64,000 nt of DNA from an uncultured Bacillota bacterium. Its GTDB lineage: Bacteria > Bacillota > Clostridia > Acetivibrionales > DTU013. The stretch's first letter is position 1, and each line of letters starts with the position of its first letter. The position numbers and the translations under genes were made by a program. Under the pieces are notes generated by a model, which saw only the letters and a list, made by a program, of their open reading frames with translations, did no database searches and was not told where the DNA came from. The stretch covers positions 1,623,552 through 1,687,551 of the forward strand of contig OW818679.1 in the NCBI GenBank assembly GCA_942493145.1. Reading direction: 5' to 3'. This document shows positions 1-7,404 of this stretch, piece after piece.

Positions 1-1
1 G

Positions 2-553
2 TTTTTTCTGGGAGGGACATATTCCTGTATTGGTACCTTTATAGTAATATACGGAGAGGCTTGCGGAGTTAAAGAAATTGGACTTTTTTTTACGACCTAT
101 GCAGTTTGCCTTTTATTTACTCGTCCTTTCAGTGGGAAAATTTCAGACAAATATGGTATGGATAAGATAATGATTCCCGGAATAATCATATTCGCCCTTT
201 CTTTCTTCATTATAGGCTTTTCGCATTCTTTGCCTATGTTTATACTTGCGGGGGTGTTTTCTGCGTTCGGGTATGGCATTTGCCAACCTTCAATGCAAAC
301 TCTTTGCATGCGGCTTGTCCCGAAAGAAAGACGCAGTGTGGCGAGTAATACGAGTTATATAGGGCAGGATACGGGAATCCTTATAATACCAACCCTGGCA
401 GGATCGATTGTGACGTTTGTGCAGAATACCGGTGGGGATAAAATATATGGATATGCGGTTATGTATCGGGTAATGATTATTCCTATACTGATTGGGCTTA
501 TCATCTTTTTAGTCAGAAGAAAAGAATTGATAGCAAAATGCAAAGAACTGTAG
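2..553 (+). CDS. MFS transporter, C-terminal part (5' end lies outside the window)
   Basis: The frame is open from the window edge and is the same frame as track ORF 158..553. The translation contains the MFS loop motif RPFSGKISDKYG followed by hydrophobic helices. Confidence 0.8.
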   Translation, partial: FFLGGTYSCIGTFIVIYGEACGVKEIGLFFTTYAVCLLFTRPFSGKISDKYGMDKIMIPGIIIFALSFFIIGFSHSLPMFILAGVFSAFGYGICQPSMQTLCMRLVPKERRSVASNTSYIGQDTGILIIPTLAGSIVTFVQNTGGDKIYGYAVMYRVMIIPILIGLIIFLVRRKELIAKCKEL

Positions 554-857
554 GTTAAAAGAAAAGAATCATTTTGTTGATATCTGAAAACGACTTATTA
601 GATTCTTTGCAAGCCTTGCCGATCAAGCTCCAAGAGAGTACTATTTACAATATAAAGCGGGTAATGACCTGCAGATGCCAGGGTGTCAGCAGAATGTGGA
701 TGATATTGTAAATGTAGTAAGTGAAGGAGCGCTTTCATTAGGAGAGTTGCAGTATTGTGCACTGAATATTCTTAAGGTTCTCTCGAAATCCCTTTCATAC
801 AACTCACTCCTGGGGATTGTGTGTACGAAGGTGTACGCTTCATCTCCACCCAAATAT

Positions 858-908
858 GGAAAAGACCTATTCGTGAGAATAGGTTTTTCCATATTTCTGC
901 TTTTGTTG
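858..908 (+). terminator. Terminator-like hairpin with T-rich tail, orphan
   Basis: Stem ggaaaagacctattc / loop gtga / stem gaataggtttttcc, followed by atatttctgcttttgttg. No credible + strand gene ends close to it. Confidence 0.4.
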
Positions 909-947
909 TAAGGAAGGGGATCGAACCTGGCGGCTTCGAGCGTTAAG

Positions 948-970
948 AAGACGTGCTAAATGCACGTCTT
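948..970 (-). terminator. Hairpin downstream of the minus-strand gene 1021..2511
   Basis: Perfect 9-bp stem aagacgtgc/gcacgtctt with a 5-nt loop, about 50 nt past the stop codon. The U tail is only weak (cttctt). Confidence 0.35.
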
Positions 971-1020
971 TAGCGAAGAAGTACGGAGCCAGGACGACAG
1001 TTCTCGTGACATTGCGCATC

Positions 1021-2511
1021 CTAAAATTTCTGGGGAAAAGCAGGAAGACCGTCAAATAGAGGATGTCCTTTTTCATTCTTGATTCTCGCTGCTCTCATAG
1101 CCGCCGCCTTGTATCGGTCATAATCGGCCAAACTGGAAATAGAGATTTTTTGGGCTTGTAATGAGCCTTCCGCATGAATGGTAAGAACATCTTCGTAGCA
1201 GGAGGTCAGATCCTTTATCAGCTTCATCATCTTAATTCTGTTTTCAGTTGGGACGCCGTCCTTGCCGCCAAGATATTTATCCAATATATCGTGCGTTTCA
1301 GGGTTCATATAATCTTTGGCCGATGGTACGGTGACCATGATTCCGCCCGTGAGATCCTGAATATATTTGGTTGCCTGATGCCAATTGTCAGCAAAATAGT
1401 ATTTGCAGATGTTGGCAATCATGGGATTTGGATATGAATATCCGGTATCCTCGTCTGTAATACAATGCTCAACAGCAGTGTTTCCAAGGATCTCTACAGT
1501 TTCAGCAAACATAACGAGCTGTGTCAAATATTCTTTAACATGTGGTGCTTTGGAAATCCCGTTATACTCAGCCATTAATATTGCGGATCCTGTAAACAGC
1601 TCGAGTTCTATAGCTTTGTAAGTCTCGGCGCTCAGACGATGGAAATTGGCGAACATAATTGCCACTTCGCCGGCAAATTCCCATTCTCCTTTTAAGAATA
1701 TACGTTCATTCGGAATAAATACATTTTCAAAAGCGACTATAGCGTCGTTGATATAAACGCTGCCAGAAATCGGCTTGTCCATAAGATCAAAATCTATATT
1801 AAGCTCTGGTTCTGTGGAGATCATAGTTATCCCCTCGGCATTAGCAGGAATAGCAAAAGCAACTGCATAGTCCCTGTCATCTTTCTTCATGGCCCGGCAG
1901 GGAGCTACTAAGATTTCGTTGCAGGCGGGAGCTTGACTGATATGAGCCTTGCAGCCGCTGACGATAATTCCATCCGCTCTTTCTTCCACGATACGCACAT
2001 AAAAATCTTTATGCTGTTTCTGCTGTGAAGGAATAAGGCTCCGATCACCCTTAACGTCAGTTAAGGCCATGGCGAATGCCAAATCGTTTTTTTGTAAGTG
2101 TTTACGGTAGGCTTGTATATTTGCGGCATAATGAGTGCCATATTTTTTGTCAACTTTCGGAGCTACTGTTGTAAGTGCGTTCAAACCATCCTTGGCAACA
2201 AATTTTGCCCCTGGGGGCTTGCCAAATGTGGTGCGGGCCCATAGCTTAACAACTTCACGAAGCCTTAGAAGATCCTCTCTGGTGCGTTGCGGTTGTAAAG
2301 AAAAAGCAACTCTATCACCGTCTTTGTCAATATCAGTAAGTAAATCCTGAAATTTCGGATCATTGCTCAGGACGTAATCCATTGCAACCCAATCATTACA
2401 AATGTTCAAAATTGGGTGCGTAGTAACATCTTCTACTCTTTTTCCTTCAATATAGACAACTCTTCCATCTCTAAGGCTTTCCAGGTATTGTTGCGGAGTT
2501 TTAAGTGCCAT
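1021..2511 (-). CDS. 4-hydroxyphenylacetate 3-hydroxylase / 4-hydroxybutyryl-CoA dehydratase (HpaB/AbfD) family protein
   Basis: 496 aa. The N-terminus PQQYLESLRDGRVVYIEGKRVEDVTTHP and the overall length are typical of the family. An RBS (aaggaaaggatg) precedes the ATG. Confidence 0.7.
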   Translation of the reverse strand: MALKTPQQYLESLRDGRVVYIEGKRVEDVTTHPILNICNDWVAMDYVLSNDPKFQDLLTDIDKDGDRVAFSLQPQRTREDLLRLREVVKLWARTTFGKPPGAKFVAKDGLNALTTVAPKVDKKYGTHYAANIQAYRKHLQKNDLAFAMALTDVKGDRSLIPSQQKQHKDFYVRIVEERADGIIVSGCKAHISQAPACNEILVAPCRAMKKDDRDYAVAFAIPANAEGITMISTEPELNIDFDLMDKPISGSVYINDAIVAFENVFIPNERIFLKGEWEFAGEVAIMFANFHRLSAETYKAIELELFTGSAILMAEYNGISKAPHVKEYLTQLVMFAETVEILGNTAVEHCITDEDTGYSYPNPMIANICKYYFADNWHQATKYIQDLTGGIMVTVPSAKDYMNPETHDILDKYLGGKDGVPTENRIKMMKLIKDLTSCYEDVLTIHAEGSLQAQKISISSLADYDRYKAAAMRAARIKNEKGHPLFDGLPAFPQKF

Positions 2512-2906
2512 CTTATTTCATCCTTTCCTTTCAATTTGGTTTTATTTGGTATATTATTAACGCATCGCTTATTAATTATTCTCTTCCAAACATGCGGAAA
2601 AGAGGGCTCGTTATCAAAACGGTACCGCAGCGGTCCATACAGGGACGGGCGAAATACATAGCTCAGGCCGGCGTTCGGTAAGGCTTGTGACTCACATCTA
2701 TTCAGCAAAAATACTTTTGTACTACTTAATGGATTTATTAAAAAATCAGAAAAGACTCCGAAGAGAGAGCTAGAAAGGGCTAAACGTTATATGGATGATA
2801 GCAGCCAGCAGAGCCATGCGGGTTTTTATGGAAGAATTTCTGCAAAGGCAATCAAATGTCGACGAATCATAACTATTAACTATGTTTAATATAGAATACA
2901 TTCATT

Positions 2907-2953
2907 ATACAAAACCCTTATATCAACTATTATTGATATAAGGGTTTTTGTAT
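2907..2953 (-). terminator. Rho-independent terminator after the GcvT-family gene (symmetric, possibly bidirectional)
   Basis: Long stem atacaaaacccttatatcaa / ttgatataagggtttttgtat with a 6-nt loop and A/T runs on both sides, 73 nt downstream of the stop at 3026. Confidence 0.7.
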
Positions 2954-3025
2954 TCTTAAAATGGTATACGGCAGAGTGAGAGATGGGCGGCATTAGCTAG
3001 CATCTGCTCGATTGAACCGCGCTTC

Positions 3026-4405
3026 TTATTTTTTGTTGATCTGGCAGGGAATTGTATTGACATCCACGTTCTCATTACGGTTTTCGTTCAAATAGGGGAA
3101 ACGGGATACTATAGCACGGATTTCCTTTTGCCGGGTTCCGGGATTTCCCCAGAGGATGGTTACTTCTGTGCCCAATTGGCTGTAAGCAGTATCAATTGAG
3201 CAAAGGGATATCATTTTCCGGTAATAATAGCTGTAATTCCGTCCCGAGCTGATGCCGATAACCTTACCGTCCTTCAACACCTTATCGGCAAAAAAGGTGA
3301 TATTGCCATGCAGCTGTCCGAAGTGGTTCGGCCCCATGGGCATGTAGTGATCGCCAGGCTGGAATTCCGAGGCATATACGTCGATGATGTCTTCAGAATT
3401 CCATTCAAGAGTTACCATTGTCCGGGTAGGATTTGCGGCTTCCTTTTCCAGCGCTGCACGTCCGATAAAATCATGATCAAATTTTACTGCTTTTTCCCAT
3501 CCCAATTCAATGGGATTGCGGTAGCGAAGGGTTATGTCGTCTCCCATGCTGCCCTGAAGAGGGAATGAATATCCTGGCATTTTCAAAAATTGCAGAAGCC
3601 CCGGATCTTCGCCCCATGCATAAGGGAAATGCATAAAGGATTGGGGGAAGCCATCTTCCGTATGGTTCAGCTGATAGGCCAGGAATCCAAGCTTGGTGAT
3701 TCCAAAGGATTCGCCTGCATTCATAAGAGCATTGTATATCATGCGTGCATCCACGGGATTGCAATGGACTTCATAAGCAAGAGTTCCTGCCATACCCAAC
3801 CGTACAATTCGCACCTCAACGTCGTTTATCTTGCTCTTGCGATGCTTTGCGAATTTAATGTCATGCAAGCATTCACCTGTCGCAGTCTCCAATATTTCCA
3901 GCGACCGCGGTCCCCCAAGCTGAAGAGTGCAGAGATCGTTGACAAATTCGCCGGTGATATTGTATTTGTTACTGGTATAGAGCTTGTATGCAGCATAGGG
4001 AGCTAAAAAGAACGTCAGGAATTCTTCTTCATCGATGCGCATCAATACGCCGTGAGCCATAATATTTCCGCTTTCACCACACATAATGCAGTGCTTCAGT
4101 GAGCCGATCGGGAATTTTGCATAGCTGTTGACACTGATATCGGAGAAAAATTTAATTGCATCCGGCCCCTTAACCCGGAAAATGGGAGCTGCATTAAGTC
4201 CGGCATGAAGATAACAGCTTTTTTTCCATGACATAACTTCCTCGCGCCAGCCTTTGTACTCATAAGGTACGGCACAGTCGTAACCAAGGCCATATGCTTT
4301 ACTGTACACATACAGGTCTACCTGAGGGTCGAAGGGTGCAAATACCGGGAGCGGAAAAGATTTTTCCACCTCGGGTCCGGCATAGGATACATCTTTGCTT
4401 TCCAT
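3026..4405 (-). CDS. Aminomethyltransferase (GcvT) family protein, LigM/DesA-like tetrahydrofolate-dependent aryl O-demethylase
   Basis: 459 aa. The segment NPIELGWEKAVKFDHDFIGRAALEKEAANPTRTMVTLEWNSEDIIDVYASEF matches, from memory, the conserved LigM block (VKFDHDFIGRDALE...VTLAWN...IYASLF). RBS aggaggt is present. Confidence 0.65.
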   Translation of the reverse strand: MESKDVSYAGPEVEKSFPLPVFAPFDPQVDLYVYSKAYGLGYDCAVPYEYKGWREEVMSWKKSCYLHAGLNAAPIFRVKGPDAIKFFSDISVNSYAKFPIGSLKHCIMCGESGNIMAHGVLMRIDEEEFLTFFLAPYAAYKLYTSNKYNITGEFVNDLCTLQLGGPRSLEILETATGECLHDIKFAKHRKSKINDVEVRIVRLGMAGTLAYEVHCNPVDARMIYNALMNAGESFGITKLGFLAYQLNHTEDGFPQSFMHFPYAWGEDPGLLQFLKMPGYSFPLQGSMGDDITLRYRNPIELGWEKAVKFDHDFIGRAALEKEAANPTRTMVTLEWNSEDIIDVYASEFQPGDHYMPMGPNHFGQLHGNITFFADKVLKDGKVIGISSGRNYSYYYRKMISLCSIDTAYSQLGTEVTILWGNPGTRQKEIRAIVSRFPYLNENRNENVDVNTIPCQINKK

Positions 4406-4710
4406 AAATTACCTCCTGTTTAAATTAATTCGGGAATATCTTAAATAACTTTTTATATCACCTCAAACTGCAAATGAATTCTTCATGATGAATATCATAT
4501 AATTTGATTCACCGGATTGGAAATACCATTTTTAAATTGGTTATTCAAAAAATGGATTACCAATCGGCACATTGAATTCCCAGTAGCTTTGTAGTAAAAT
4601 CAAACTGCATCAATAATGATTACTTTTAGATTCGTATATGATCCCACTGTGTGGAAGATATTACTTGATTTTTATTGCGTTATTTACAAATTAGAGCAAT
4701 AGGCAAGGTG

Positions 4711-5628
4711 ATGTGTTTGGATATTAACCTTTTGAGGGAATTCGTTTGTGTTGCTAACTGCCTGAATTTTACGATGGCGGCTAAGCAGCTGTATATTTCC
4801 CAGCCCGCGTTAACCCGGCATATCAATGCGCTTGAGGAAGAAATCGGCGTTCAATTGTTGCTGCGTTCCACTCACTCGGTTGAATTGACACCAGTCGCGA
4901 AAACTGTTTTGGCAGACTTCATAGATGTAATTGACAGGTACAATGATCTTAACAAGAAACTGGAATTACTCACAAAAGGACATATAAGTGAACTGCGCTT
5001 CGGTACACTGTATTATGGAATTGTTAACTATTATTCTTATCCGCTGATAAAAACCTTCCGGATCAAATTCCCAGGCATCATTGTGACGGTAGCTTCATGT
5101 CAGCCCTCCCAAATCATAAAAAAGCTTGAAGAGAAAGACATCGATATCGGATTAAGTCTGCACTCACCGTATGCTGAAAGTGCTGAATTTGTATATGTGC
5201 CGTTTGTTCGGGAACCATTATATGCCATTGTTATGCCCACCCATCCGTTTGCCAGGAAAAGAAGCATCTGGGCTGAAGAACTGGCAGAACAACCGGTTAT
5301 AATGATGAAAACTGAAATTGAGTATGAAAAACATATTCGATCTCTTTTCAAGCAGCATAGTCTTGAAATGAAAGATGTAATTCTTACAGATCATATTGAT
5401 ACTATGATAATGACATTGGAAGAAACGAATGCTATTTTTATAGGCACAAAGAATTTAAGTTCATTGCCGAATGCCAATGTTGCTTTTATTGAAATAAACG
5501 ACAAGGATTTTTTCTATGACGTGAGTCTGGTATATAGGGCGAATAATAGAAATCCAGCTATCATGAAGATGGTAGAATGCATTAACGATCTGAATTTTAC
5601 TGCAAACCATAAATCAGACCCGGAATAA
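4711..5628 (+). CDS. LysR-family transcriptional regulator
   Basis: N-terminal HTH LNFTMAAKQLYISQPALTRHINALEEEIGVQLLLR followed by a substrate-binding domain. I start at the ATG at 4711 rather than the track start 4675. It is divergent from the O-demethylase gene. Confidence 0.85.
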   Translation: MCLDINLLREFVCVANCLNFTMAAKQLYISQPALTRHINALEEEIGVQLLLRSTHSVELTPVAKTVLADFIDVIDRYNDLNKKLELLTKGHISELRFGTLYYGIVNYYSYPLIKTFRIKFPGIIVTVASCQPSQIIKKLEEKDIDIGLSLHSPYAESAEFVYVPFVREPLYAIVMPTHPFARKRSIWAEELAEQPVIMMKTEIEYEKHIRSLFKQHSLEMKDVILTDHIDTMIMTLEETNAIFIGTKNLSSLPNANVAFIEINDKDFFYDVSLVYRANNRNPAIMKMVECINDLNFTANHKSDPE

Positions 5629-5643
5629 GGTACTGAAGCATTG

Positions 5644-5680
5644 GCTGCAATGAATTAATGTCATCGCAGCTATTTTTTTT
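5644..5680 (+). terminator. Rho-independent terminator of the LysR gene
   Basis: Stem gctgcaatga / tcatcgcagc (one mismatch) followed by tatttttttt. Confidence 0.65.
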
Positions 5681-5772
5681 GCATAAGCTGATGGATCATC
5701 TTTGCTCAACAAAACGAGCTGGATGTAATTCTCATCGGCACATGTGAAGTGCACATCTTAACACCTTGGTTT

Positions 5773-6168
5773 TTATGAGGGCCGGTCTTCAGTGTTCGTC
5801 CACTTCCAGGCATACCTGATAATCAATAGCATCGTTAAAACTTCTATCGTTGCAAAGAATATATAATGAAGGGTCTGCGATCCGCCGGCAATTACAAACG
5901 CAATAGTGATTACGCTTGCAATGATGTTTGACCAGCGATTTGCTCTCTGCTTCAATATCCTTGACAGAAAAATCATAGCAATCGGAATCTCCAATATTAT
6001 TGCAAATACCAACATAATCACTTGCGTGACTTGAACTGGCTTATCGATGTTTGGCAGCATAAAGGAAAAAATGTCCGCTGAAAGTATATTAATCATTACA
6101 AATATCCACAAGGTTGATAGTCTTGCTTTCAGCTGATCCATATTGATGCTCTTATTGTTTGTATTCAT
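5773..6168 (-). CDS. Small polytopic membrane protein of unknown function
   Basis: Four predicted hydrophobic helices. I prefer the ATG at 6168 (RBS aaggagagag about 10 nt upstream) over the track start 6189, which overlaps the upstream stop codon. Confidence 0.6.
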   Translation of the reverse strand: MNTNNKSINMDQLKARLSTLWIFVMINILSADIFSFMLPNIDKPVQVTQVIMLVFAIILEIPIAMIFLSRILKQRANRWSNIIASVITIAFVIAGGSQTLHYIFFATIEVLTMLLIIRYAWKWTNTEDRPS

Positions 6169-6188
6169 TTTATGTTCTCTCTCCTTCA

Positions 6189-6908
6189 TTAATCATTCTG
6201 TTCAATCTTCATAATATTTTCGGTTAAGCCAGGTTTTAGATTTCTTATCCCCCAAATCAACAACCAAAACATAAACAAAAATTCGGCAATTGTTCCCGGC
6301 AATAATAGTATTGTCTCTAGCATTTGGTTCGGAACGAGAAAATGCACGATGACTGACATCAACCCAAATATAGTTTCAATAATAAACAGAACACCGAATA
6401 ATTTAGGAATGAATCCTGATCTATAAATCAATATGCCGAGGGGAAGCACCCAGAGTGCAAAGAAAGCCTGACCGATCATATATCCATGCTCATATAAATT
6501 ATAGAAAAGCATTGCGATGGCCTGACGGCTGTTGGGTTCAATAGTGTTCAGGTAGTCATTTCCGTTTAAAATATAGAGCGGTGCAATTTCGTTCAAAATA
6601 TTAAACAAAAGCAATACGCTCCCGGCAGCCGCAAATACGACCATGACTGCCGCTGTATTTTTATTTACCGAAGCAAGCAGACGGTATAAAGCCAAGGCCG
6701 TGAACAAATAACACAGGGACATGAGGATATCACTTACAATTCCCGTTCGATACAAGAAAGCATTTGATAAAATGTTGTTGGCCGTTACGTTCATATCATT
6801 TGATACGAAAAGTTTTTGGCGGAAAAATATTTCCGCAAACAAACCGAAAACCACCATGAGCAGAAAAAATAGACCTGCAAGCCGTGCAGCATTTTTATTT
6901 GGAATCAT
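6189..6908 (-). CDS. DUF4386-like integral membrane protein
   Basis: 239 aa with about 6 hydrophobic helices. The N-terminus NAARLAGLFFLLMVVFGLFAE is typical of that family as I recall it. Confidence 0.55.
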   Translation of the reverse strand: MIPNKNAARLAGLFFLLMVVFGLFAEIFFRQKLFVSNDMNVTANNILSNAFLYRTGIVSDILMSLCYLFTALALYRLLASVNKNTAAVMVVFAAAGSVLLLFNILNEIAPLYILNGNDYLNTIEPNSRQAIAMLFYNLYEHGYMIGQAFFALWVLPLGILIYRSGFIPKLFGVLFIIETIFGLMSVIVHFLVPNQMLETILLLPGTIAEFLFMFWLLIWGIRNLKPGLTENIMKIEQND

Positions 6909-6955
6909 GATTAATACCTACTTTCATAATTTATTTTTTATTTATTCACCCGGTA

Positions 6956-7159
6956 TCATTTCGTGCAAACAGGGTTTACCGAGACCAACACCAGTCCTAA
7001 GTCGCGTATTTTTTTGAACAATCCGTGCAATGCAGCCTGGTCAACTATGACACCAGTCAAAAGAGTATCACCATTATCTTCCAGTGTCATGGTCAATCCC
7101 TCAAACCAGTTTGCCCATTGAACGCCTAAATGGCCCTCAATTCTGATTTGGTATATCAT
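6956..7159 (-). CDS. Small conserved hypothetical protein (67 aa)
   Basis: YQIRIEGHLGVQWANWFEGLTMT...VDQAALHGLFKKIRDLGL resembles a widespread family of uncharacterised ~70-aa proteins. It is the first gene of a three-gene minus-strand unit. Confidence 0.55.
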   Translation of the reverse strand: MIYQIRIEGHLGVQWANWFEGLTMTLEDNGDTLLTGVIVDQAALHGLFKKIRDLGLVLVSVNPVCTK

Positions 7160-7264
7160 TTTCTTACTTGGATTGAATCCTTTGTGGTATTTATTAGTTA
7201 TTACGCTCCACCTCCTGACGCAACTGAATTATAGAAAACAGTACCTCTTGCTTAAGAATAATAC

Positions 7265-7343
7265 TTCGTTTTTTATCAAAAGAAACCTCCCAATCTGCAG
7301 TACTCTGAGCTCATTCTCAGAATACAGCAGATTGGGAGGTTTC
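7265..7343 (-). terminator. Terminator of the MalT-like regulator gene (17-bp stem with nested inner hairpin)
   Basis: gaaacctcccaatctgc ... gcagattgggaggtttc with an inner tctgag/ctcaga stem. On the minus strand it is followed by ttttgataaaaaac. Confidence 0.6.
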
Positions 7344-7378
7344 AACACCTACTTAAGGAGGTTTCAATACCTACTTAA
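7335..7378. repeat. 22-bp tandem direct repeat x2 ending in a 14-bp perfect palindrome
   Basis: ggaggtttcaaCacctacttaa / ggaggtttcaaTacctacttaa. The sequence cctacttaagtagg (7370..7383) is a perfect palindrome. Confidence 0.8.
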
Positions 7379-7404
7379 GTAGGATAAAATATCAATTTGG
7401 CAGG

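Noticed and set aside
905-1000. tRNA-like T-loop string GGTTCGATCC on the minus strand (916..927) next to a 7-9 bp hairpin that could mimic an anticodon arm
   Set aside because: I could not fold it into a cloverleaf. The putative T stem pairs only 2 bp (CCAGG vs CCCTT), there is no acceptor stem, and the hairpin loop lacks U33. At most it is a decayed att or tRNA remnant, so I do not call it a tRNA.
675-1076. Track ORFs 675..911 (+), 686..892 (-) and 867..1076 (-) in the convergent intergenic gap
   Set aside because: They have no RBS, overlap one another, and give implausible low-complexity translations. One of them runs across the stop of the real gene at 1021.
2512-2720. GC-richer 5' leader of the HpaB/AbfD-family gene, considered as a riboswitch
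   Set aside because: I could not find a match to the conserved cores of the riboswitch classes I can recall (B12, SAM, TPP, glycine, c-di-GMP, lysine). It is left uncalled.
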